Of a stretch of DNA of 64,000 nucleotides, positions 37,151-48,419 are shown piece after piece (position 1 is the stretch's first letter; every line of letters begins with the position of its first letter). This DNA is from Heterodontus francisci (taxonomy: Eukaryota). A model generated the notes under the pieces. That model worked only from the letters and a program-made list of their open reading frames with translations, ran no database searches and had not been told where the DNA came from. The translations under genes were made by a program, and so were the position numbers. The stretch covers positions 100,675,082-100,739,081 of the forward strand of contig NC_090373.1 of the NCBI RefSeq assembly GCF_036365525.1, written 5' to 3'.

Positions 37151-37327
37151 ACTGAGTTAACAACTAAATTCCATATACAGCCTTCAAAAGGCATGATACT
37201 TTTTAACTGACTGACTTGGAATGAGACAGGAACACCTCCAACAAACAGTCTTTTAATGTTGAGAGGCAGATCATTGGGTAATCGTTGTCTTTGAGCTCTT
37301 TCTTCATTCACTTGCACAATGAGCAAC
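37151..37327 (-). CDS. LAMA2: LAMA2 exon 57-equivalent (LG3), 177 bp
   Basis: gctgtcag|G...GT|gtaagt; LLIVQVNEERAQRQRLPNDLPLNIKRLFVGGVPVSFQVSQLKSIMPFEGCIWNLVVNS. Confidence 0.95.
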
Positions 37328-37569
37328 CTGACAGCAAAAAAGAATCTTGTGTTAGCTGCATATTTAGAGCTTTTAAAAACAAGACAGTAGAAATGATTAA
37401 TTTAAATTAATGCTAAACCATTTATTCCAACAAAAGTTGTATCTGGAGGAATATGTTATTAGATGCAAATGGGGAGGAGGATTTCCTCAAGTTTATGAAT
37501 TTGTTTGCAGCCAGAGTAAATTGTCCTTCCCAGAAAGCTGCCAAGTTCAATTTTAGTTGCTGCAGTGTA

Positions 37570-37950
37570 GGCACCTGGGGGCACATAGTAATCAGCCAGA
37601 GCAGTATTGGGGGTAAACAGAGGTCAGCTAGGACAGCATTGCAGATATATATCATAGTCTGCTGGGATAGCACTGGGGGAACATAGTAGTAATCAGCTGG
37701 GACAGCACTGGAGATACTTAGGAGTCAGCTGGGACAGCATTTGAGCTGGGACAACAATGGGGTTCACAGTGGTCAGCTAGGACAGCTTTGGGCACATGGT
37801 ACTCAGCTGGGACAGCACTGGGGGAACATAGTAGCAGGACAGCTTTGGGAATACAGAGTATGCTGGGACAGTAATGCAGGTACATAGCTGTCAGCTAGGA
37901 TAGCTTTGGACACATAGTACTCAGCTGGGACAGCATTGGGAGCACATAGT
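37570..37950 (+). repeat. Degenerate minisatellite, unit about 30 bp (cagctgggacagcactggggg-acatagtagt), roughly 12 copies
   Basis: The core cagct(g/a)ggacagc recurs at about 28-32 bp spacing. Confidence 0.85.
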
Positions 37951-38130
37951 GACCTCGGTATCTCGAGCATCAGAGCGGTCAGGGTTCACATTGGGGTGGG
38001 AGGGGCGGGGGATGTGAAATCAAATAGGGTTTCTGTTCTTGATTATGATATAATGACCATGCTGTAAAACGCACATGAGGGGAGAGGGCAGGATCATTTT
38101 ATCCACATGCAACAGTAATTTCACTTTGTG

Positions 38131-38155
38131 TATATATATATATATATATATATAT
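38131..38155. repeat. (TA)n microsatellite
   Basis: About 12 TA units read directly. Confidence 0.95.
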
Positions 38156-38561
38156 GTGTTCGTATGGCTGGCAAAACAGTTATTGTTCGATGTTGAGGTT
38201 AACAATCCATTCAACAGCTTCAGCTGATGCAGTGTGAATGGTTGTGATGCCTCAGGGCTAGGGTTCAACATGTGTGCAATGGTCTGAAGTGGATGGGAGA
38301 GAGACAGCAGTCTTCATGTGGTTCTCCTGTTAAAGTAAGTTTTCCAACTTGAAATGCTGCAAACTAATTCTGTCAAGAGGGCAACCAAATCCCGATTACT
38401 GGGCTCCTGGTCCAAGCGGTAAAAGCCCACTGGAAAATTTCACCATGTAATTTATTTATATGAAGTAGTAAGGCACCTGTTTTCAGTGAAGACATTCAAA
38501 GAGCCAGTAGAATAAAAAAAAAATTCAGAGGTATTGATAAATCATTTAGGAACTATCATAC

Positions 38562-38710
38562 CCTTTAGATCTATGAAGTCTAATACTATGTTCCTTTCCA
38601 TCATTGAACACTCCAGATTCTGGTTTGATTGTAACACGCCGAGGTTCTCGAGCTCCAGTAGCGATATGTACTTCCAATCGCCCTCTGTTTAGGAATACTG
38701 CGTAGTAGAC
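38562..38710 (-). CDS. LAMA2: LAMA2 exon 56-equivalent (LG3), 149 bp
   Basis: ataaacag|GTC...GG|gtatga; VYYAVFLNRGRLEVHIATGAREPRRVTIKPESGVFNDGKEHSIRLHRSK. Confidence 0.96.
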
Positions 38711-38857
38711 CTGTTTATATAAAACACACAGTTCAAACACAAACTTCTTGTACAGACCACATGGACATTATTGGCAATTAGTTATTGCTTACAACAAAGA
38801 ATATTTCACAATAAATGATCGAAGAAGATAACCTCCGACTGCAAATTATTTAATACT

Positions 38858-39704
38858 TTTCTATATCTCTGAAGCAAACACTATGGACTGGATTTTACCA
38901 GCCCCTCGATGTGGGGGCTGGGGGGGCAGTCAGTAAAATACTTGCTGGAGAGGCTCCCCACAACGCCAAGAAGGCCCCACAGCGGCAAAGCCTCAGTGCC
39001 GCCTTCATTTAAATATTAAAATCAATTAAAACAAGATGCAAATAAACCTACCTGGTCCAGGCAGCCATCCCATGCCAATATTACGGGCATGGGCCGCAAC
39101 CCGTGCGCCTTCAGAACTCCGAAATGAGTTCCGAGGCGAGACACTGGTGGGGAGGAGGGAGGAGTGAAATTATAAGGACGAGGGTGGGAAGCGGGGAAAA
39201 TGTTTTTTATTGGCTGTGGGGATGGTGGGAAGGGGTCGAAGGGAAAATGTGACTAGGTTGGAGGGGATGTGCAGGTTGGGAATAAAGTTGATGTTCGGCA
39301 TATGGGCCAAGTAAAAAAACATTGGGGGTGTGGGAAAGGACCTCCCGCTTTCATTTAATTTTTTAAGGCCAAAATAAAATGCTGTTGCTTTCAAAATTCA
39401 AATGTCTCCTAAGGGCTTAAGGCCCTTTAAAAATGGCACCGTGCCTGGGTGGTGGCACCAGACGTCGTTGCCAGGGATGGCAAGGCCACCCCTGATGACG
39501 TAGAGGGGGTAGCCGCTTCTCCCCCTCCATTTAAATGAACCCCCACGCGTAATATCGCGGGGGCTCAGCGGCGACCGATGTTTGCTAGCACGTCGCCGAC
39601 ATCAGCGTGCGCTGCCACAACGCACTCATTAAATTCAGCCCTATATTTCTTTAAATAGATTTCAGGCCTGTAACAGATAAAGGCATTTTGTCAATGTAAG
39701 TTTG
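38858..39704 (-). pseudogene. Decayed partial duplicate of the LAMA2 exon 54 5' part and its acceptor, split by a MITE
   Basis: 39642-39704 plus 38858-38884 align with about 40709-40796 (aaatgcctttatct..cag|GCCTGAA.TC.ATTTAAAGAAATATAGTG...CAGAGATATAGAAA). Confidence 0.85.
38885..39641 (+). mobile_element. Harbinger-type MITE
   Basis: TIRs ggactggatttt ... taaattcagccc; 3-bp TSD TAT, confirmed against the uninterrupted paralogous exon 54 sequence. Confidence 0.85.
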
Positions 39705-39857
39705 GATGATAGCTGTCTTTGAAAATATTGAATAACCAATATCAAACAGAAGATGAGCAAGACATTATTTTAAAATTGCATATACTTAATAAAAACAATA
39801 GAGCAAATACTTAAAAGTATTTAGTATTTCAAATGTCTATTATTTCCATTGGCTCAT

Positions 39858-40222
39858 GGGCGGCACAGTGGCGCAGTGGTTAGCACCGCAGCCTCACAGC
39901 TCCAGGGACCCGGGTTCGATTCCGGGTACTGCCTGTGTGGAGTTTGCAAGTTCTCCCTGTGTCTGCGTGGGTTTTCTCTGGGTGCTCCGGTTTCCTCCCA
40001 CAAGCCAAAAGACTTGCAGGTTGATAGGTAAATTGGCCATTATAAATTGTCACTAGTATAGGTAGGTGGTAGGGAAATATAGGGACAGGTGGGGATGTTT
40101 GGTGGGAATATGGGATTAGTGTAGGATTAGTATAAATGGGTGGTTGATGTTCGGCACAGACTCGGTGGGCCGAAGGGCCTGTTTCAGTGCTGTATCTCTA
40201 ATCTAAAATAATCTAATCTAAA
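39858..40222 (+). mobile_element. Full-length V-SINE (HE1-like)
   Basis: A-box TGGCGCAGTGG, B-box GGTTCGATTCC, V-domain-like core, CR1-like tail ggtgggccgaagggcctgtttcagtgctgta, (TCTAA)n. Confidence 0.9.
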
Positions 40223-40308
40223 TATTACATGCTCAGCGGCACATAAATAAATACTTAAAAGATGTTAATTGTTACAAATAAGACAATATAACTTATTGTA
40301 AACAACAC

Positions 40309-40485
40309 CTGTCCAGTTTGGCGGCGTTTTCTCCTGAGTTGAGCTGGAGCCTTTCCACTTCCATAAAGTATCATTCCTGTCTCGTTTTTAGTACTGAAGG
40401 AAAGAGATATTTCTGTGCCTACATTCAATGAGTGTGGCTGAAGCTCAACAAATCCAGGTTTATGGAAGCTAACAGTGAAGACATT
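40309..40485 (-). CDS. LAMA2: LAMA2 exon 55-equivalent (LG3 start, furin-type site), 177 bp
   Basis: ttcttgacag|AAT...CAG|gtgttg; NVFTVSFHKPGFVELQPHSLNVGTEISLSFSTKNETGMILYGSGKAPAQLRRKRRQTGQ. Confidence 0.97.
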
Positions 40486-40638
40486 CTGTCAAGAAAGCGT
40501 ATATTAGTGAAAATCATGCAAAGTACTGGGACAACTTCATTAACAGGAGCATGTATTGAACAGTGTTATAATCCAATATTTGAAAACAAAGAAAATTGCT
40601 ATAAAATGTATAATATCATAAGGTTTTAGACAACAAAC

Positions 40639-40759
40639 CTCTAATAAACAGCCTTTTGTTAACCCAAGGTAATCTGTGCCACTCAACAAATTATATGGTG
40701 ACTGTGAAATTTCTATATCTCTGAGACAGCCACTATATTTCTTTAAATTGACTTCAGGC
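40639..40759 (-). CDS. LAMA2: LAMA2 exon 54-equivalent (LG2 end), 121 bp
   Basis: ctattgcag|G...GAG|gtttgt; PEVNLKKYSGCLRDIEISQSPYNLLSGTDYLGLTKGCLLE. Confidence 0.96.
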
Positions 40760-41222
40760 CTGCAATAGATAAAGGCATTTAATTAATGTAAGTTTGTCAG
40801 TGTTTAGCTAAAATTATAGACACATTACTGAAATAATATTAAAGAAATAAAATAAAAACACTGGCATTAAAATAGATATTACTTGTGGTACTAAAATTTC
40901 TCACTCCTTTCACCCACTGTGGAAATATTCAGTAGGAGCACATAGTTACAAAAAGAAGATACACTGTGAGGATGAATGAAATTTGGATTAACTATATCAT
41001 GAGAGTTCATTTGGGATTGGGTAATTACAATACTTGTGGAGAAATGTGTTGTTAGGCATGATTCTTGATGTAAAGCTAAATGTTTGGCAGGAATCGCATT
41101 TAAATGGGATATTGCGCTCATGTGTAGATAACTGTTGTTACCTTGGATGGTACAAGCACTGAACTAACTGAGTCTATTAAATGCTGTTGTAAGTATCTGG
41201 CTGAGATAGTTACTAATAAATC

Positions 41223-44200
41223 CGTTACGACCAGGTGAGGAAGGGGTCTCAGGCTCCCCTCTCACCCTTTTCCTGGTTTGGCCATAACAGGGTATAACTT
41301 TGAAAACACAATGTTTTTGGCTTCACCTCAGTAAGTCCTTGCTCACTGCTCTCTAATTGTAATTGTGAAGGAATCAATCAGACAGGCTTTCTCAGGTTTA
41401 AACAAGAAAGGTGTAAGTTTATTAAACTTAGCACTCTACCTCAGTTAAAACTACTAGAAATACATGACACAACCACGCTAGCATGCATACACGATAAACA
41501 CACACACAAATAGATAGAGGAGGAGAAAGAATTAAAGGGGAAAGGTTTGAAGTAGTAGATTGAATTCAGTTACTGTTTTTCAGTTTTGCTGTGACGTCTT
41601 TGATTGAAGTTAAGTCTTGCAGTTCTCGTTGGGGCCCAGTGCACACTTTCAAACTTGTTTCGTTGGTACCAGAAGGCTGCATGGGTCTTCTGTCTTGAGG
41701 CTTAAGTTCTGTGATGCACAATTCAATCAATCCCCAGGTTGGCCAGCAGGTTAGTCATGTGATCAGCTCTTTGTTTGACACAGCATCACCTGTGAAGGTT
41801 GTTGATACTTCAAAGCTTACGAGACACAGTCAGTGGGGGTGAGGGTGGAATGCTGGCTCTTACACAGACAATGACTCTCAATGTCTTTTGATCATCACTA
41901 TTGACAAAACCCATCTGGCTAATTGAATCAGGGAGCACTACCATTGTCTCTCCATTCAACTGTCTCTCAGAATGCAAATGTGCAGTCAGTTTTCAGCCAC
42001 TGCTCTGAGGTCATCTTAATGTTCAATGTCCAGTAAATGTTCAACTCGTGTTCCATATGACGAATATGTTTCCATTTGGCAGGTGTGGTTTCTGTCGCAT
42101 CTGCACCTCTGGCCGAGTGAAATGCGACATCAGGGGGAGCGTTTCATTATAAATTAGAAGGAAAAGTACAAGAAAACACTCATGCATTTCTCTCATTAAT
42201 TCTCATTCATTTAGAAATCTTAAAATTGTTACAGTCTATCTTTCCTTTGCAGCAGTACTGCTTTGGACTGCCCCTATTGACCTTGAGGTGGAACTGAGCT
42301 AGCTTTGTGTTTCCCATGGGGTTTAAAGTTTTTTCACGATCAGCCTGTAATAGTTTGGCAATGGGCATCTCAATAAACATGTGATTTTTAGGGAGGTTTG
42401 AAGTTTTCACATTTCCATGATTATCTAGGATGCCTTTGTTCCTGTTGGGGTCTGCAGGGAGATGGTTAGATTTAATTAGCTCAGGGTTGGAGCTCTGATT
42501 ATGGGAGTCGGCAGTGGGCGGATCCACTCTGACCTCACTCTGGTGAGTCATTCAAGTGCTGCTTACTTCAGGGGATGGTTGGTTCCCTTTTCTCCTGACT
42601 GTGGGGGAGGATTCTTTGCTAATCGTCCCTTTGTCCTCTGAGACACTCCTGCTTGTAGGTGTTTGTCCAGATTCTACTGCACACCCCTGTGGCACTTTGA
42701 CTAGGTGAGGCATCACCCTCACTGTTTCTCTGCCCTCTTGAGGACTTTCTTTGTCTCTGTAGGTTACTGTAAATGCTCTCAGCAACTCTGGTGGGGTGCT
42801 TCTGGTGTCTGCATTTACATAGGAGGATGTGGGGTCCAATTTTTCCAACATTTCGGGGCTAGCTGACTGGACAGTAGGGATTTTCAATTGGGAATCCTTC
42901 CGGACTTCCTTTAACCTGTCCTCTTTGTCCCTTTCTCCCCTTTCCTCTCTAACTTTTTGTGAGCCCCGTGCCTGTTTGTCCCCTTTTATTCTTGGCAGTG
43001 GTCCCTTACAATTCACCAGCCCTCTGCTGGAGGATTTCCCAAAAGCCGACACAGGACTTAGAGGTGCAGATTTTACTACAGGTTGGGGTTTCCCCTCAAC
43101 CTGGCACATATGACAACTCCGACAGTACTCCACCACATCTTTGTGGAGTTTTGGCCAGTCAAACTGCTGTCTTAGGCGGGCTTTGGTTTTTTGTATACCG
43201 ACATGTACAGCCACTGTAATCTCATGGACCATTCTTAATATTTCTCTCCATGATCTCTGCGGCACCACTAACTGGTGAACCACTGTCTGCTCCTTGCTCT
43301 CAGTTCTGTGAGGAGAACTCCACTTCCTCATCAGCAACTCATTCTTTAAATAGTAGCAATCAGGGACTCCCTCTGCTTCAATTTCAGTCTGGGTAGGCTG
43401 TGCTAATTTTCTCAATACTGGGTCGGCTTGCTGAGCCTCAACTAGGGAAGATCCATTTAATCCATTCCCTGGGTCCTCTAACTTTCCAAAGAAAGTTGCA
43501 GACAGACCACATGGTCATCTGTTTGCAGTGCCAATTCAGTCTCCTCTGGGGAAGCTGATTTGGTCATGGCCTGATGCACTACACATTCAGGGGAACTGCA
43601 GGGGTCTGTCTCCTGCCACTGCCCTGACTCTCTGACCTCCTGCAGTCTTTCTTTCATTGCTGGGGAAGCTACCACCGTCACCCTCGCCAGATCATTACCT
43701 AGGAGCAGGTCAACCCCGTTCACAGACAAACTAGGGACAATCCCTATGGTCACTGGTCCTGAAACTAGGTCACACTCCAAATGCACCCGGTGTAAAGGTA
43801 CAGGCATACACTGCCCTCCAATACCATTCACCACCAGTCTGGTATTTACTGCACTCTCTGGGGGAAAAGTCTGACCTTTTCCCAGTAAAAGGATCTGTTG
43901 GCCCCTGTATCCCTGAGTATTAGTATGGGCTTGCTTGTCCCACTAGTATGGGGTTACTCTCCCTTTAGACACAAAATCCTGATAACCTTCAGAAATCCTG
44001 TTAAATTTTCCTGTATTTGCAGCAGTGTTTCCTGGGTCTTACTACTGCTGCAGTTAAAGCCACAGCTCGTTCAGCTGTGCTTTCCATCAGGGTCCCTTCT
44101 CCTGCACTGAGCCGGTGTGCTCTGATTAACCCTACAGGCTTCCCTGTAGTTTCCAGCAGTCAGATCTTAGATGACCTGCCTTATTACAATGGAAGCACAC

Positions 44201-46402
44201 AGGTCTCCGGGTCTCACACCTACTTACAGCACCTCCCTTTTTGGCTGGAGGAAGGCCCCCTGTGTGTCCTGTTTTTTTCTTTCTCTCCCAGGACGGCTAG
44301 GGCTTCTATCACCTTCCCACCCTTTGTCCTTTTCGGATTTGTGGGGGTGATTACAAAAGGTTTTCACGAGGAACTGACTAGTATATTAATGCAAACCCAT
44401 CAGCCAGAACTGTGGCTTGCCTTGCTCAATGTACTTTTTGTTCCTCCACATGGGCCTTTATGGAGAGAGGGGAGAGAGTTTTTAAATTCCTCTAGCAAAA
44501 TCACCTCTCTGAGGCTTTCATAGCTGGGCTGCACTTTAAGAGCCCTCAACCACTGGTCAAAAGCCAGCTGCTTACTTCTCTTAAACTCCAAATAAGTTTG
44601 AACAGTCTGTTTCCTGAGGGTTTGTAACTTCTGGCAGTAGGCTTCCAGTACTAGCTCACATGCCCCGAGGATACATTTTTTGTCAGTTCATTATTTGATG
44701 AACTCTCATCTGGCAACAGGGATTACATCTCATGGGCTTTTCCTGTTAGCTTACTTTGCAACAGAAGAGTCCAACTCTCAGCTGGCCATTTTAACTGCCT
44801 CGCAAGTTTCTTAAAAGATACAAAAAATTCTTCCATGTCTCCCTCATTGAATTTTGGAATCAGTTGGGAAAATTTTAAAAATTCAGTACACGGCCCCGCA
44901 CTGCTTTTATTTTCTATGCTTTCACTGTGGTTACTCTGTCGCCCTCTAGTTAACTCAAGCTGCCTCAGCGCTCTTTCCTCCTGCTCCTTCTAGAAGGTTC
45001 TTTCTCTCTCTCTCTCTCTCTTCTAATTGAAGTTCCCTCTGTTCCAATTGTATCTTTGCTAGCAATATTCTGTTGGAGTCTATTTCTAACCCTGTCTCTG
45101 ATTCTTCAGATTCGAGGGAAAAATAGTTGGTCACTGGTCTTGGGGGTTCCGATTTCCTAGCCTTGGCACAGAAAGTGATCCCACACTGCTCAGCCATATT
45201 CTTCAACTCTTCTATAGACAGTGCTTTTAACTTATAGCAAGTTACTTCACCCTGACTTGGGTAGTTACTGGCTTCAGTCGCAGACATGTTGGTGTCCTAG
45301 CACACACAACCACAAGAAAACCTGTATTGAAATCTTTTCTCCTTTTGATTGGGATCAATTTGGCTTCCCACTTCCAATTCCTCATTTGTCTGTGGGTCTA
45401 CTCTCAGATGCTAGCCCCTAAATTTCTGTTCAGACCAGGTGAGGAAGGGGTCTCAGGCTCCCCTCTCACCCTTTTCCTGGTTTGGCCGAAACAGGGTTTA
45501 ACTTTTAAAACAGTGTTTTTAGCTTCACCTCAGTGTGACCTGCTCACTGCTCTCTAATTGTAATTGCAAAGGAATCAATCAGACAGGCATTCTCAGGTTT
45601 AAACAAGAAAAGTTTAAGTTTATTAACTTTAACGCTCTACCTCAGTTAAAACTGCTAAAAATGCACGACACAACCACGCTAGCATGCATACACGATAAAC
45701 ACACACACACATAGATACAGAGGAGCAGAAAGAATTAAAGGGGAAAGTTTTGAAGTAGTAGATGGAATTCAGTTACTGTTTTTCAGTTTTGCTGTGAAGT
45801 CTTTGATTGAAATTAAGTCTTGCAATCCTCGTTGGGGCCCAGTGCACACTTTCAAACTTGTTTTGCTGGTACCAAAAGGCTGCAGGGGTCTTCTGTCTTG
45901 AGGCTTAAGTTTCTTCTGTAAGTCCCTGGAACTTTGCGTAAGAGAGAGAGAGAGACCCTGCTTCTCTTTAGTCTTCAAAATTGCAGTCTGTCTCAAAACT
46001 TTTCTGTGATGCACAATTCAATCAATCCCCAGGTTGGCCAGCAGGTTAGTCATGTGATCAGCTCTTTGTTTGACACAGCATCACCTGTGAAGGTTGTTGA
46101 TACTTCAAAGCTTACTAGACACACTCAGTGGGGGTGGGGGTGGAATGCTGGCTCTTACACAGACAATGACTCTCAATGTCTTTTGGTCATCACTATTGAC
46201 AAAACCCATCTGGCTAAATGAATCAGGGAATACTCCCATTGTCTTTCTATTCAACTGTCTCTCAGAATGCAAATGTACAGCTATGTTTTCAGACATGTGG
46301 CCCTTTTAAACAAGTTAGGTTCAATGTCCAGTAAACATTTAAATAGTGTTCCATATGATGAAATTAATATGTTCCCATTTGGCAGGTGTGGCTTCTGTCA
46401 CA
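41223..46402 (-). mobile_element. Gmr1-like Gypsy LTR retrotransposon, two LTRs (41223-42099, 45427-46402), lacking RT/RNase H and the integrase core
   Basis: Direct LTRs of about 0.9-1 kb; TSD AATC. SCAN-gag remnants (AFDQWLRALK..LREVILLEEFKNSLP), protease region (GVDLLLGNDLA), integrase HHCC (HEITVAVHVGIQKT...YCRSCHMCQ). Inserted in a CR1 3' fragment. Confidence 0.92.
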
Positions 46403-46689
46403 AATCCAATAGGGAATTCAGGAGAAACATCTAGATTCAGAGAGTGGTTAGAATGTGGAACTTAGTACCACAAGCAGTAGTTGAGACAAAGTGCATGGGT
46501 ACTTTTAAGGGGAAGCTTGATAAACACGCGAGAGAAAGGAATAGAAGGGTATGCTGATAGGATTTGATGGAAAGGGGTTAGAAGATGCTCCAATGGAGCA
46601 TCGACATCTATATATATCACTTAGGCTGAATGGCCTGTTTCTGTGCTGTACATTCTCTGTATTTCTATGAATGGTCCTTCTGAAGCCAT

Positions 46690-47560
46690 CTCTTCCAGCT
46701 CCTGTTCATGTTCCACTTCTGCTACCAGTTTTGGCTGGCTCTCTTCTTCAACCTGCTCTATGGCAATATTCCTTTATCAGCAGAAGCTGTGTAACGCACA
46801 GCAGGCTACAATATTCTTAGATCCTCTGGCCAGGCATGCCTGCAAAGAATCCCCTGATTAGTCAATGCATCAGATAGTTTACTTTATATCTTGATAATAT
46901 GCTCTACCAAGACCCAAGTAGTTGCATTATATCTTTCTTCTATTTTGTGCAGGAGTATCGCAACGGGGTCATGAACTCAGTCTTGGTACCCAATGCCTGC
47001 CAAATGGAAACATATTAATTTAGTTCCAGTTTTTCCTGTCCTGGAAATAATGGTGACATCATGGGTTTCTGCAGTATAAAGGAATCATGGCAGCTACCAG
47101 GGTAGGGGGCATTAACTTTCATGATTCTGTATCTACAGTCATAACAGCATGTTCAGGGAGTAGAACCCCTTTATGTTCATGAAGAATATACCATAATGGA
47201 TAAGGAACTATATAACCATATATGTGCCATCAATAATATTCTGCATTTTTTTGGTGGGGTGGGGTGGTTATGGGTGCTGGGAGAGGGTCTGGTGGAAGAC
47301 AAACAATAAAAGTACATGTCTGCTTTGTCTGCAGGCTGGTTTCCATGGGGAAGTTAATGAAATCCCTAGTCTGGTAAACAATGACTCAGCCAAGCACTGA
47401 TAGCTGAGCGATCTGATAGATACTTCCTGCTGTTGTTTGAAAGAACTGAGTCACAAAAATTCAAGGCAGCAGTCACTTTGGCAGCCTCCGACAGAGCTAT
47501 CCTTGAAGTGATTGTGAGGTCTGGCTGCAGAAGACTGTACAGTGTATCACAGCCTCCCTA
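46690..47560 (-). pseudogene. Fossil PIF/Harbinger (HARBI1-like) DDE transposase
   Basis: Minus-strand pieces read KVTAALNF..SFQ, FMNIKGFYSLN, YPGSCHDSFIL, FMTPLR..EERYN and IVACCALH in the expected order, with stops and frameshifts. Confidence 0.8.
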
Positions 47561-47923
47561 ATGAACTGAAGACTCCAAATTTAACTCCCCTGCCTGGCAG
47601 AAACTGGGCAGGGATTGGTTACAATGAGTTAAGTCACTTACTCCCTCTGATCCCACTGTTTTCCTGCCTTGTCTCAATCTTAACCTGTTCTTTTGAGCAG
47701 GCACATGGGCCAACAAGAGGGCATAGTGGTTTTCTCTAAATTAACAGATCAGATCTGATGAAGTCATTGGGATCCAATCTCTAATTTTAGTTGAAAGCTT
47801 GTGTGGAGGAGCTGTGACAGTTCCTCGTCAGGACAAACCTGCCAGGAGCCAGACCATGAGCCAGAAGAGGCCCAGCAAGGCAAGTGTAAAAACATATTTT
47901 TAGGATTCCTTGTGAACCAGAAA

Positions 47924-48270
47924 GGGCGGCGCAGTGGTTAGCACCGCAGCCTCACAGCTCCAGCGACCCGGGTTCAATTCTGGGTACTGCCTGTGTGGCG
48001 TTTGCAAGTTCTCTCTGTGTCTGCGTGGGTTTTCGCCGGGTACTCCGGTTTCCTCCCACCACCAGAAGACTTGCAGGTTGATAGGTGAATTAGCCATTAT
48101 AAATTGCCCCTAGTATAGGTAGGTGGTCGGGGAATATAGGGACAGGTGGGATGTGGTAGGAATATGGGATTAGTGTAGGATTAGTATAAATGGGTGGTTG
48201 ATGGCCGGCACAGACTCGGTGGGCCGAAGGGCCTGTTTCAGTGCTGTATCTCTAAATAAATAAAAAATAA
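47924..48270 (+). mobile_element. V-SINE (HE1-like), near full length
   Basis: Same family as 39858-40222; B-box ggttcaattct; (TAAA)n tail. Confidence 0.9.
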
Positions 48271-48419
48271 AAGGAGTTGGGGAGCTCCACCACGCCTTCA
48301 GCTGCCTAGGCCTAAAGCTGTCAAAAGCCCTCCTTAAACCTCTCTGCCTCTCTCTCCTCCATTAAGATGATCCTTAAAACCTACCTCTTTGACCTAGCTT
48401 ATAGTCATCTGCCCTAATA

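Noticed and set aside
37570-37950. CRISPR-like array (about 30-bp periodic repeats)
   Set aside because: Units are contiguous degenerate tandem copies without unique spacers; the context is a vertebrate intron with no cas genes.
39858-39930. tRNA genes at SINE heads (also about 9718, 47924, 53158, 56630, 61653)
   Set aside because: A/B boxes are present but continue into SINE bodies and LINE-like tails; no complete cloverleaf or terminator is evident.
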